Origin: Candidatus Latescibacterota bacterium
GTDB taxonomy: Bacteria > Latescibacterota > UBA2968
DNA length: 64,000 nucleotides
Assembly: GCA_965116885.1 (NCBI GenBank)
Contig: OZ220741.1
Location: 2,816,001-2,880,000 of the forward strand
Reading direction: 5' to 3'
Part shown: positions 19,983 through 29,670 of the stretch, piece by piece
How positions within the stretch are numbered: the stretch's first letter is position 1
How the letters are laid out: each line of letters begins with the position of its first letter
The notes under the pieces: generated by a model
Told to the model about the DNA's origin: nothing
The model's input: the letters and a program-made list of their open reading frames with translations, nothing else
Database searches by the model: none
Program-made: the position numbers and the translations under genes

Positions 19983-20011
19983 TTGATAGATGCACATATA
20001 GTCACTATATT
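19983..20011 (+). promoter_or_regulatory. parE promoter with overlapping palindrome
   Basis: TTGATA, 17 bp, TATATT. Perfect inverted repeat ATATAGT-C-ACTATAT at 19996-20010. Confidence 0.5.
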
Positions 20012-20105
20012 ATAGCACTTCTTATTCTCCTCCCCTGAGCAGTTTTTCCTTCCCCACATGTCTTTTCTGCTATCTTCACCTTCCAAACAAGGGTAGGAAT
20101 ATATT

Positions 20106-21986
20106 ATGGCAACGGCAATAAAATCGCGCACTTCCAACGCTACGCAACTCGATTTGCTCTCGCAACCGAGGACCACTGGTAAAGCCAATGGCAAGAGCAA
20201 TGGTGCTCATAATTACGACGAGAGTAAGATTAAAACCCTTTCTTCGCTTGAGCATATTCGGTTGCGTACGGGTATGTACATTGGGCGGCTCGGATCGGGT
20301 GCTGATCCCGATGATGGGATATACGTTTTGCTCAAAGAGGTTGTCGATAATGCCGTCGATGAATTTATTTCGGGTTTTGGCACAAAAATTGATGTGACTA
20401 TTGAGGCCAATCACGTCAGTGTGCGCGACTATGGGCGCGGCGTTCCGCTCGGCAAAATTGTCGAGTGCGTTTCTGTGATCAATACCGGTGCCAAATACAA
20501 CGATGATGTTTTCCAATTTAGCGTGGGTCTCAATGGCGTGGGTAGCAAAGCGGTCAACGCGCTTTCTACGGATTTTCGCGTGGTGGCCTATCGCGATGGC
20601 AAGTACGCCGAAGCCCGTTTTACGCGTGGGAAACTCATTGGCGAAAAAAAGGGGCGGACTCGGGAACCAGATGGCTCCCTTTTTGAGTTCACGCCCGATT
20701 CTGAGATTTTTGACGAATACGATTACAATTTCGAATACGTCGAGCGCCGCATGTGGAACTACGCCTGTCTCAATAGCGGTCTCTCGCTCGTTTTTAACAA
20801 ACAGAAATTCGTCTCAAGGCGCGGCTTGCTCGATTTTCTCAGCCGAGAGGTCGATGATTCGGCGCTTTATGAACCTGCGTATTACAAGGGGCAATATCTC
20901 GAATTTGCATTTACCCATACGTCCAATTATGGGGAAAACTATTTTTCTTTTGTCAATGGGCAATACACCATTGACGGGGGCACGCATCAAAGTGCTTTTC
21001 GAGAGGGCATTTTGAAAGGCGTCAATGAGTTTTACAAGAAGAATTACAGCGGTGTGGATGTGCGGGAATCCATCAATGGCGCCGTTGCGGTCAAGCTCAA
21101 AGAACCCGTTTTTGAGTCGCAAACAAAAAACAAACTCGGCAATACCGAAGTGCGCTCGTGGATTGTTTCTGAAACGCGCAGTGCGGTGGTTGATTTTTTG
21201 CACAAGAATACCACGGCGGCGCAAAAACTCCAGGAGAAGATCAACCACAATGAGCGCCTGCGCAGAGAACTCAACGATGTTAAGAAAAAGGCAAAAGAAG
21301 TCGCCCGCAAGGTTTCCATCAAAATTCCGCATTTCAAGGATTGTAAATATCACAAGGGCGATAAAAAAGGCGGCGATGAATCTACTATTTTTATTACCGA
21401 AGGTCCATCTGCTGCCGGGTCTATGGTTGCCGCGCGGGATGTGGAGACCCAGGCTATTTTCGGTTTGAAGGGCGTGCCTCTCAATGTGTTTGGGAAAACA
21501 AAAGCCGCGATTTACAAGAATGAAGAGCTCTACAATCTCATGACGGCTTTGGGCATTGAAGACAGTGTTGAAAATCTCCGTTTTAACAATGTGGTTATTG
21601 CCACTGATGCGGATTACGATGGTTTCCACATCCGCAACCTGCTGATGACTTTTTTCCTCAATTATTTTGAAGAACTCGTCACTTCTGGTCATGTCTATAT
21701 TCTGGAGACGCCAATTTTTCGGGTTCGCAATAGCCGCGAGACGCGCTATTGTTATAGCGAGAAAGAACGCAATCAGGCTGTTGCCGATTTGCGAAATCCC
21801 GAGGTTACGCGCTTCAAGGGGTTGGGGGAGATCTCTCCCGGTGAGTTTGGGCAGTTTATCGGAGAGGACATGCGCCTGATCAAAGTTGGGGTGCGCTCGC
21901 TCGTCGAGGTTCCAACGACCCTTGAATTTTACATGGGCAAGAATACGCCTGATCGCAGAGACTATATTGTAGAGCATTTGATTTAG
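20106..21986 (+). CDS. parE: DNA topoisomerase IV subunit B
   Basis: LEHIRLRTGMYIG, EVVDNAVDE, GLNGVG, TEGPSA, ATDADYDG, RFKGLGE. Confidence 0.92.
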   Translation: MATAIKSRTSNATQLDLLSQPRTTGKANGKSNGAHNYDESKIKTLSSLEHIRLRTGMYIGRLGSGADPDDGIYVLLKEVVDNAVDEFISGFGTKIDVTIEANHVSVRDYGRGVPLGKIVECVSVINTGAKYNDDVFQFSVGLNGVGSKAVNALSTDFRVVAYRDGKYAEARFTRGKLIGEKKGRTREPDGSLFEFTPDSEIFDEYDYNFEYVERRMWNYACLNSGLSLVFNKQKFVSRRGLLDFLSREVDDSALYEPAYYKGQYLEFAFTHTSNYGENYFSFVNGQYTIDGGTHQSAFREGILKGVNEFYKKNYSGVDVRESINGAVAVKLKEPVFESQTKNKLGNTEVRSWIVSETRSAVVDFLHKNTTAAQKLQEKINHNERLRRELNDVKKKAKEVARKVSIKIPHFKDCKYHKGDKKGGDESTIFITEGPSAAGSMVAARDVETQAIFGLKGVPLNVFGKTKAAIYKNEELYNLMTALGIEDSVENLRFNNVVIATDADYDGFHIRNLLMTFFLNYFEELVTSGHVYILETPIFRVRNSRETRYCYSEKERNQAVADLRNPEVTRFKGLGEISPGEFGQFIGEDMRLIKVGVRSLVEVPTTLEFYMGKNTPDRRDYIVEHLI

Positions 21987-21997
21987 AGGAATGAATA

Positions 21998-23899
21998 ATG
22001 GCTTATATCGACAAGTTATTTGACCAATATTTTTTGGAACACGCTTCTTATGTCGTGAAAGATAGGGCGATTCCCGACATTGACGATGGGTTCAAGCCCG
22101 TACAGCGCCGCATTTTACACGCGCTCAAAGAGCAGGACGATGGAAAATTTCACAAGGTCGCCAATGTCGTGGGGCAGACGATGAAATATCACCCCCACGG
22201 CGATCAGTCGATTTACGGCGCGCTGGTTCATCTGGCGAACAAAGACCTGTTCATCGATAAACAGGGCAATTTTGGCAATATTTATACCGGCGATGAAGCC
22301 TCGGCTGCGCGCTATATCGAATGCCGATTGACCCCGCTCGCGAAGGATGTGCTCTTTAATCCGGAAATTACCGAGTATATTGAATCCTACGATGGACGCA
22401 ATAGCGAACCCATTGTTTTTCCAGCGAAGATTCCCGTGCTTCTCGCGCAGGGTACCGAAGGTATTGCGCCGGGCATGACCACGCGGGTGTTGTCCCACAA
22501 TTTGATCGAATTGTTGCAGGCGCAAATTGCCTATCTCCAGGGGGAGGATTTTCAGGTCTTTCCCGATTTTGCGACGGGTGGTTTTGTCGATGTTACCGAA
22601 TATGCAGACGGCAATGGCAAAGTGCTCGTGCGTGCCAAACTCGATACCAAAAATTCCAAGCGCATTGTCGTGCGCGAATTGCCTTTTGGCTCTACGTCTG
22701 ACTCTCTCATCGCCTCAATTGAAGGTGCAGCCCGGAAAAACAAGCTCAAAATCGCGGGTATTAGCGATTATACAGGTGAGGAAGTCGAGATTGAAATTCG
22801 CCTTGCCCGGGGCGTGCATACCAAAGATACGGTGGATGCGCTTTACGCTTTTACCGACTGCGAACAATCTATCAGTGTCAGTGCTCTCGTTATTAAGGAC
22901 AATCGTCCCCATATCGCCACGGTGAGCGATATTCTCAAACACAATGCCGACCGATTGGTCGATATTCTCATGGCAGAGCTTAAAATAGAGCAGAGCCAGG
23001 TGCGCGATAAGTTGCACGCCAGAACCCTCGAACAGGTTTTTATTGAGAATCGCGTTTATAAAGAGATTGAGGATGTCGCCGATTCCAGTGCAATTCACGA
23101 GGCGATACGCAAGGGTTTGGAGCCTTTTCTCGGTACAATCAGGCGCAAGGTCACGCGAGAAGATCTCGATACGCTTTTACAAATTCCCATTCGGCGCATT
23201 TCGCTGTACGATATCACGAAAGCGAAAAGAGAGATGCGCGAGATGCGCGCGCGGCTCAGAGAGATTAAGGCCAATCTCGACAATATCACGGGCTTTACCA
23301 TTGATTTTCTGGAATATCTGATTGATGAATACAAGGACCAGTATCCTCGCCGTACTGAGGTCACTTCTTTTGATCAGGTGGATGCACGCGAAGTGGCACA
23401 GCGCAATCTCAAGTTGCGCTATGATAAGAAGACGGGTTATCTGGGGTATGATGTCAACGGCAGCACGCTTATGGATGTGTCGCAATACGACCGCGTGCTC
23501 GTGATTCGCAAAAATGGCACTTATTCTCTGCACGAGGCACCCGACCGTCTCTTTGTGGATAAGGGTATGCTATTTTGCGATTTTGTCGATTCCGAACGGG
23601 TGTACACGGTTATCTACCGGGATAAGAAGACCAATTATCCCTGTATCAAACGCTGTAAGCTGGATACATTTATTCTGAATAGGGGATATGAACTCGTGCC
23701 GCCGGGATGCCGCTTGCTCAAGCTCACAACCGACCGCGATGTCGAGGTTCACGTATCCTATAAACCCAAACCCCGCCTGCGTATTCTCAATGAAGAATTT
23801 GCTATCGAAGATTATGCGGTTCGCGGCAAGACCGCCAAAGGCATGCGCTTGGCAGCGCGTGAGGTCAGAAGCGCTAAATTTGTGAAGCCTAAAGTTTGA
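21998..23899 (+). CDS. parC: DNA topoisomerase IV subunit A (short type)
   Basis: RAIPDIDDGFKPVQRRI, YHPHGD, SAARY catalytic Tyr. Downstream of parE. Confidence 0.92.
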   Translation: MAYIDKLFDQYFLEHASYVVKDRAIPDIDDGFKPVQRRILHALKEQDDGKFHKVANVVGQTMKYHPHGDQSIYGALVHLANKDLFIDKQGNFGNIYTGDEASAARYIECRLTPLAKDVLFNPEITEYIESYDGRNSEPIVFPAKIPVLLAQGTEGIAPGMTTRVLSHNLIELLQAQIAYLQGEDFQVFPDFATGGFVDVTEYADGNGKVLVRAKLDTKNSKRIVVRELPFGSTSDSLIASIEGAARKNKLKIAGISDYTGEEVEIEIRLARGVHTKDTVDALYAFTDCEQSISVSALVIKDNRPHIATVSDILKHNADRLVDILMAELKIEQSQVRDKLHARTLEQVFIENRVYKEIEDVADSSAIHEAIRKGLEPFLGTIRRKVTREDLDTLLQIPIRRISLYDITKAKREMREMRARLREIKANLDNITGFTIDFLEYLIDEYKDQYPRRTEVTSFDQVDAREVAQRNLKLRYDKKTGYLGYDVNGSTLMDVSQYDRVLVIRKNGTYSLHEAPDRLFVDKGMLFCDFVDSERVYTVIYRDKKTNYPCIKRCKLDTFILNRGYELVPPGCRLLKLTTDRDVEVHVSYKPKPRLRILNEEFAIEDYAVRGKTAKGMRLAAREVRSAKFVKPKV

Positions 23900-23961
23900 T
23901 ATAAAACAACATGATGGGTTGGATACAGATGGACTCTGATTGATTAAAAGGATTCTGTGTT

Positions 23962-24609
23962 ATGCCGAAGTTTCTTGTCATTGGTCGGTATGTATTTTTC
24001 ATCTACTCTGCTGATGAGGTGGAGCGCGCACATATTCATGTGCGAGTCAGAGCATCGGCATTTCCTACGGCGAAGTTCTGGTTGGTTCCGGTTGTCGAGT
24101 TAGCATATAACAATGGTTTTAAGCGTAAAGAAATTTCAGATATCAGAAAATTGGCTGTGAAACACGCGCAAGAATTGTTGACAAAATGGAACGCAGAGTT
24201 TAATCAGAATCAAGCAATGGATAACGGCGAAATACGTGAAGCACTCCTGCGCGGTTATGATAAAGTGCGTTGGTTGGATGAGGCAAAGCGTTTGAAATCC
24301 CATCGTCCGTCTATTTTGGATATTCGATTCGATGAGTCACACATGCATGTTTATCTTGATGACGATCGAGGTATCTCTGTACCGTTACGGTGGTATCCGC
24401 GTTTGTACTTCGGCTCGCCCGAAGATCGGGCGGATTGGGAACTGTGGTGTCACGAAAGCGAAGATGTGTATGATGTGATTGCCTGGGAAACCCTGGATGA
24501 ACACATACGTCTTGAAAGTTTGTTGGCAGGACGAGCGAGCCGTGAAAGTGTAACATCTATACGTCGATGGTTAAAAGGGGAAAGATTGTACGAAGTATAT
24601 GATGAATAA
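23962..24609 (+). CDS. Fused DUF4160-DUF2442 toxin-antitoxin-like protein
   Basis: N-half is DUF4160-like (FFIYSADE..HIHV..AKFWL..W..F). C-half is DUF2442-like (VPLRWYPRL..R..WE..W..LDE.I.LE.LL.G). Confidence 0.75.
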   Translation: MPKFLVIGRYVFFIYSADEVERAHIHVRVRASAFPTAKFWLVPVVELAYNNGFKRKEISDIRKLAVKHAQELLTKWNAEFNQNQAMDNGEIREALLRGYDKVRWLDEAKRLKSHRPSILDIRFDESHMHVYLDDDRGISVPLRWYPRLYFGSPEDRADWELWCHESEDVYDVIAWETLDEHIRLESLLAGRASRESVTSIRRWLKGERLYEVYDE

Positions 24610-24626
24610 TGTACTTGCGAGAAGGG

Positions 24627-24827
24627 TTAATGAGTAAAATGAATTTGAATTTCCCTTTGTATTTCGGGATCAGCAGCCATTTCGCTTAACTGTGCATCAC
24701 CGTCTGTTTTATCAGAGATATTTTCTCTTATTCGGTGGCTTACGCGCTCAATAAGGAGCAATTGCTCATCTAAGGACAACCGACTGATATTTTCTTCTAA
24801 TTCAGAAAGAAGGGATGGTGCAGACAT
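24627..24827 (-). CDS. Small antitoxin-like protein, probably C-terminally truncated
   Basis: AAGGAG RBS. LSLDEQLLLIERV and QLSEMAADPEIQREI resemble small TA-associated proteins. No partner follows. Confidence 0.5.
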   Translation of the reverse strand: MSAPSLLSELEENISRLSLDEQLLLIERVSHRIRENISDKTDGDAQLSEMAADPEIQREIQIHFTH

Positions 24828-24988
24828 GGTTGTTCTCCTTAAATCATCCCGCTCAAAATGGGCGCGGATGATTTTTCTTTTTTCTCTTCAAATTGTCTAT
24901 TAACTTCCTGACCTACACGGCGACATGAAGTATAGAAAGAATTTTGAAAAAAACAAGGCCAGATGTCCTTTTAAACTGGAGAACCTCA

Positions 24989-26320
24989 ATGAGCAGTGCT
25001 GCATCTGTTGATTTGCGCGAAGTTCGCAAGCAGGATTTGGATTACGTATGGCATCCTTTGATGCAATATGAGGGTAAGAGCGAAGATGATTTGCTCGTTA
25101 TTGTGTCGGCAGATGGGTGTGAGGTTACGGATTCGGATGGGAAAACGTATCTCGATGCGTATGGCGGGATATGGAATGTCAATGTGGGGTATGGGCGGGA
25201 TGAGATTGTCGAAGCTGTGTATGAACAGATGAAGACACTTCCTTTTTATCCCATGACGCAGATCAATGTGCCCGCGGCGCAACTCGCTGCGCGGTTGGCC
25301 GAATTGTCACCGGGCGATCTCAATCATTTCTTTTTTGTGAATAGTGGTTCAGAGGCTAATGAAACCGCTATTAAAGTTGCGCGACAGTACGGCCGGGCGA
25401 CGCATCCGGGCGAAAGTCGCTTTAAAATTATCTGCCGGTATAAGGGCTATCACGGCTTTACGATGGGGGCCATGTCTGCGACTGGTCAGGTGAGACGACG
25501 CGCACCGTTTGAACCCCTGGCGCCGGGATTTATTCACGTTGAGTTGCCCACTGCCGATGCCCACGGGGCGGATGAGATCGCGCGGGTTATCGAACGCGAG
25601 GGTCCCGATACGGTCGCTGCTGTCCTTGCGGAACCCGTTGTCGGTGGCGGTGGCGTGCATGTCCCGCCAGACGATTATTTTCCCGCTCTGCGCGATGTGT
25701 GCGACCACTATGGTTGTTTGCTGATGTTTGACGAGGTGATTACTGGGTTTGGACGCACCGGGAAATTGTTCGCTGCCGAGCACTGGGGTGTTGTGCCCGA
25801 TGTGATGACGATTGCCAAGGGCGTGTCGAGCGGGTACCTGCCGCTGGGTGCATGTGCTGTTACCGAAAAGGTCTGGTCGGCATTTTTGGGAGGGGCGGAT
25901 GAGGGAAAAGAATTTGCTCAGGTTTCCACGTATGGCGGACATCCGGCATGTTGTGTTGCTGCGCTGGCAAATCTCGAGATTCTGACCCGGGAACGGCTGT
26001 GGGAAAATTCGGAGACTGTCGGTGCGTACTTGTTGACGCGGCTCAAAGATATGTCATCGCCTCTGATCAAAGAAGTTAGAGGTCTGGGGCTTATGCTCGC
26101 GGTTGAGCTTCAAAACGAAGACGGGTCGGAATTGGATAGCGAGAGGACAAACAAGTTTGGTGGCGCGCTTCGAGACGCGGGCGTGATTACCGGGAAGATG
26201 AGTCATGTTATGGTCGGGTCTGAGCCTGTTTTTACACTGGCACCGCCCTTGATTCTTACGGAGGAGCAAGCCGACCGAATAGCAGGTGCGTTTGTGACTG
26301 CGCTGCGGGCTATAAGTTGA
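24989..26320 (+). CDS. Class III PLP-dependent aminotransferase
   Basis: SGSEANE, YHG, FDEVITGFGRTG, PLP Lys in TIAKG, TYGGHP. Start at ATG 24989 after GGAG. Confidence 0.92.
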   Translation: MSSAASVDLREVRKQDLDYVWHPLMQYEGKSEDDLLVIVSADGCEVTDSDGKTYLDAYGGIWNVNVGYGRDEIVEAVYEQMKTLPFYPMTQINVPAAQLAARLAELSPGDLNHFFFVNSGSEANETAIKVARQYGRATHPGESRFKIICRYKGYHGFTMGAMSATGQVRRRAPFEPLAPGFIHVELPTADAHGADEIARVIEREGPDTVAAVLAEPVVGGGGVHVPPDDYFPALRDVCDHYGCLLMFDEVITGFGRTGKLFAAEHWGVVPDVMTIAKGVSSGYLPLGACAVTEKVWSAFLGGADEGKEFAQVSTYGGHPACCVAALANLEILTRERLWENSETVGAYLLTRLKDMSSPLIKEVRGLGLMLAVELQNEDGSELDSERTNKFGGALRDAGVITGKMSHVMVGSEPVFTLAPPLILTEEQADRIAGAFVTALRAIS

Positions 26321-26379
26321 GTTGACAAATTCGCGGGCTGTTTAGATTTTTCGCCCCTGCGATCACCACCGGAGTACGC

Positions 26380-27921
26380 ATGCACCTGAGTTGGATTGAC
26401 TATGCCATCGTTCTCGTCTATGTCGGCGGCACCATCGTCGCTGGCACGTTGGCGCGCGGTGCCATCAAGGGCATCTCCGACTTCCTCGTCGCTGGCCGCG
26501 GTCTCAAAATCCACATGGCCGTCGCCACGATGGTCTCAACCGGTCTCGGGCTGGTCACGGTCATGTACATGGCCGAGGAGGGCTTTAAATACGGCTTTGT
26601 GCCCTTCGTCTTTGGCCTCATGGCCCTGATCACCACCCTGATCATCGGCCGCACGGGCTTCATCGTCAGCCGCTTGCGCCATTTGCAGGTGATGACCGTG
26701 CCCGAATTCTACGAACTCAAGTACACGCGTGGCGTACGCCTGCTCGGCGGCATCATCCTCACCCTTGCCGGTACCCTCAACATGGGACTTTTTCCCATCC
26801 TCGGCAGCAAGTTCGTCGTCGGCTTCACCGGCCTCGACAAGGAATACGTCAACTACGTCATGATCGGCATGTTGCTCATCGTCGTCTTCTACACGCTGAT
26901 GGGCGGCATGGTCTCGGTGGTGCTGACGGACTTCGCTCAGTTCGTGCTGCTGGCGCTGGGGTTTTTCTTCGGCACGTATGTCATTCTCAATCATCCGCAA
27001 CTCGGCTGGGACAACCTCGTCCAGGCCGTGCAAATCTACAAAGGTGATATCGGCTTTGACCCCATAGCCAATCCCGGCTACGGCATCTCAATGATCTTAT
27101 TTCTATTCTGCGTCGGCCTGGTCGGCGTGGTCTGGCAACCCGAAATGATGCGGCCGCTGAGTGCCGAAAGCCCTAAGGTGGCCCGCCGCGTGTTCTGGAT
27201 TTCTTCTGCCACAGTCATGGGGCGGGCGATGGTGCCGATGTTTTGGGGTATCGCGGCACTGGCCTATTTTGGCAACCCCGAACTCGACCCCCACTACGCC
27301 ATGCCCGAAATGCTCGGCAAAATCCTGCCCATAGGCATCGCTGGCCTGCTCATGGCCGGGATGTTCGCGGCCTTCATGTCCACCCACGACAGCTATCTGC
27401 TGGCCTGGAGTGGCGTCATCGTCCGCGATGTGGTCTCGCCGATCAAGGCCATGCTCGCCAAGTCGAGCGGCGAGCGCGAAGCAGACGGAACCTGGGGCGG
27501 GCTATCGAGCGAGCGCGAGATCTACTGGACCCGGGCTATCGTCGTTATCCTCGCTACCTTCTTGGCCATTTTCGGCGCGCTCTACCAGCTTCCCGAGACG
27601 GCCTTCCGCTTTATGTACGTCACTGGCAGTATCTACTTCTCCGGCTGCGTCGGCACCGTGGCCCTGGGACTGTACTGGAAAAAGGCCAATACTCCAGGTG
27701 CGTACTGTGCCCTGATCCTGGGTGCGCTGGTGCCGCTCAACTTCCTGATTATGACCGAAAACCAGCACCTGGTGCCCGAGTTTTTGTTGCCACTGGTCGA
27801 AAACTCCAACCTCGTCGGGATTACCAGCCTGGCCCTGGGCGGCCTCGCCATGCTGGTCGTTGCCTCGCTCACGCAGCGCTCGCACCCGCCGCGTCCTTTA
27901 GACTTTAGCAACATGGAGTAG
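26380..27921 (+). CDS. Sodium:solute symporter (SSS) family transporter
   Basis: DFLVAGR, TVPEF, YTLMGG..SV.LTD..Q, AAFMST.DS. Many TMs. Confidence 0.9.
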   Translation: MHLSWIDYAIVLVYVGGTIVAGTLARGAIKGISDFLVAGRGLKIHMAVATMVSTGLGLVTVMYMAEEGFKYGFVPFVFGLMALITTLIIGRTGFIVSRLRHLQVMTVPEFYELKYTRGVRLLGGIILTLAGTLNMGLFPILGSKFVVGFTGLDKEYVNYVMIGMLLIVVFYTLMGGMVSVVLTDFAQFVLLALGFFFGTYVILNHPQLGWDNLVQAVQIYKGDIGFDPIANPGYGISMILFLFCVGLVGVVWQPEMMRPLSAESPKVARRVFWISSATVMGRAMVPMFWGIAALAYFGNPELDPHYAMPEMLGKILPIGIAGLLMAGMFAAFMSTHDSYLLAWSGVIVRDVVSPIKAMLAKSSGEREADGTWGGLSSEREIYWTRAIVVILATFLAIFGALYQLPETAFRFMYVTGSIYFSGCVGTVALGLYWKKANTPGAYCALILGALVPLNFLIMTENQHLVPEFLLPLVENSNLVGITSLALGGLAMLVVASLTQRSHPPRPLDFSNME

Positions 27922-27925
27922 TGCA

Positions 27926-28105
27926 ATGGACGTCGAAACCTGGAAAGTCTTCTGGCAATTCGTCTTTATCGCCGCTAGCGTCCTCTTTTACGGCATTGTT
28001 ATCGCCGTCGCCTGCAAGGGCTTTGGCGATGTGGTCAAGATGATCCGCAACATGGCTGCTGGCCGCGGGGCCAGCGAATCCGCCTCAGACTCCCAGCACG
28101 AGTGA
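27926..28105 (+). CDS. Small single-TM protein, putative SSS accessory subunit (59 aa)
   Basis: Below the ORF-track cutoff. MDVETWKVFWQFVFIAASVLFYGIVIAVACKGFGDVVKMIR..., with a GGAG RBS and the same codon style as the SSS gene. Confidence 0.7.
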   Translation: MDVETWKVFWQFVFIAASVLFYGIVIAVACKGFGDVVKMIRNMAAGRGASESASDSQHE

Positions 28106-28152
28106 CGCAGCGCATATACTGGCGTTGCGCTAATTCAATGAAGGAAACCGCG

Positions 28153-28632
28153 ATGATCAATGCGACCTTATGCTATGTCAAAAATGGCAATAAAACGCTG
28201 ATGTTGCACCGAGTGAAAAAGGAAAATGACATACACGAGGGCAAATGGAATGGCCTGGGTGGTAAAATGGAAGCGGGCGAGACGCCTGAGGAATGCGTGA
28301 TTCGAGAGGTGCGCGAAGAGAGTGGCTTGCAGATTCAAAATCCCGCTTTGAGAGGTGTGCTCACGTTTCCAAAATTTGATGGGATCAATGACTGGTTGGC
28401 TTTTGTGTTTACCGCGAAGAAGTTCACGGGTGAGTTGATTGACTCGAGTGAAGGTGTCCTGAAATGGATTGACGACTCAGAACTGCTCGACCTCAACCTT
28501 TGGGAAGGCGATAAAATTTTTCTGAAATGGCTAAACCGAGATGCGTTTTTTTCGGGTAAATTTACGTATGAAAACAAACGGTTGATCGCTCACGATGTCG
28601 TGTTTCACACTCTGTCTGGATCTGTGCCATGA
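28153..28632 (+). CDS. mutT: 8-oxo-dGTP diphosphatase (Nudix, MutX-like)
   Basis: ATLCY, GKWNGLGGKMEAGETPEECVIREVREESGL Nudix box, LWEGD. Confidence 0.88.
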   Translation: MINATLCYVKNGNKTLMLHRVKKENDIHEGKWNGLGGKMEAGETPEECVIREVREESGLQIQNPALRGVLTFPKFDGINDWLAFVFTAKKFTGELIDSSEGVLKWIDDSELLDLNLWEGDKIFLKWLNRDAFFSGKFTYENKRLIAHDVVFHTLSGSVP

Positions 28633-28802
28633 ACGAAAAAGCTGAAGCGATTAAAAAGCGATACAAGTATCGCCGCCTGATTCTCACGGGCAAAATCGGT
28701 CTATCCAGACACGCGGCGGTCAAATTCATCGGCGCAGATACGGCGTATCACCTGTATGCCCGTGTAACGCCTCGGCATCGTGCAAAAAAGAAAAGCGCGT
28801 AA
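28629..28802 (+). CDS. Small basic hypothetical protein (57 aa)
   Basis: ATGA overlap with the mutT stop. MNEKAEAIKKRYKYRRLILTGKIGLSRHAAVKFIGADTAYHLYARVTPRHRAKKKSA. Confidence 0.55.
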   Translation: MNEKAEAIKKRYKYRRLILTGKIGLSRHAAVKFIGADTAYHLYARVTPRHRAKKKSA

Positions 28803-28812
28803 TGCGATGGTC

Positions 28813-29670
28813 TTAGGATATGTCTGCGATAATTTTTCGCAGATAAGCCGCGTCTTCTTTTGCCCATTCCTCCAAATTGGGTGGCGATGTTTGCGCGTAA
28901 CCGACTTGACGGATGATGGTTTCATCGAATTTGTATTCGGTGTGGACGGATAAGGGTCCGTCAAATCCCATTTCGTGCAATAGCCCCAGGCAGCGATGCC
29001 AATCTACGCATCCTTCTCCTGCTTTTGTGAAGCAGGGACGATAGCGCGGTGTTTGACCTTCCGGTTGCGGCAGATAATACGCATCTTTAATTCCCACGAC
29101 TGAGATATAATCCCGAATCATTGCCAATCCCATTGCCCAGTCTTCTCCATCCAGTGCGAGATGTCCGAAATCGGGGTACGCGCCCACGTATTGCGGGTCA
29201 AAGCCGTTGATGAGGTGCATCAATCCCGCGCAGTTGCTTCCCAGGCAAGGCCCGCTGTGAATCTGATAGCAGGTCTGTACGCCGTATTTTTCACTCAGGC
29301 GTACAATTTTTTCCAGATCTCTTCGCGCTGTATCCACGATCTGCCAGTAATCATCGCCGGGCTGATATTTCCAGAATCCGATTTTGAGACGGGGAATTTC
29401 GGCTTCGGCACATGCGGTATAGTAATTTTCTATTTCCGGTGATTCTGGATCTACGAGTGTCACGGGCGCGGTTATCATGGGGCAGATCAGGTCCTGACTG
29501 CGCCAGATTTCGGCTGCTTTGGGCAATGCCTCAATTACATTGTCTGCGTGAATGGGATGGCCCGGACGCACGCACAGGTCAATGCCGTCATAGCCCAGTT
29601 CAATCGCTTTTTCGCCGAGTTCGGGCACGGAATACTGCGCGAAAAATTTGGAGTTGATAATGAGTTCCAT
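28813..29670 (-). CDS. Sugar phosphate isomerase/epimerase (xylose isomerase-like TIM barrel)
   Basis: GYDGIDL, DFGH, IKDA, GFDGPLSVHTEY. Confidence 0.85.
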   Translation of the reverse strand: MELIINSKFFAQYSVPELGEKAIELGYDGIDLCVRPGHPIHADNVIEALPKAAEIWRSQDLICPMITAPVTLVDPESPEIENYYTACAEAEIPRLKIGFWKYQPGDDYWQIVDTARRDLEKIVRLSEKYGVQTCYQIHSGPCLGSNCAGLMHLINGFDPQYVGAYPDFGHLALDGEDWAMGLAMIRDYISVVGIKDAYYLPQPEGQTPRYRPCFTKAGEGCVDWHRCLGLLHEMGFDGPLSVHTEYKFDETIIRQVGYAQTSPPNLEEWAKEDAAYLRKIIADIS

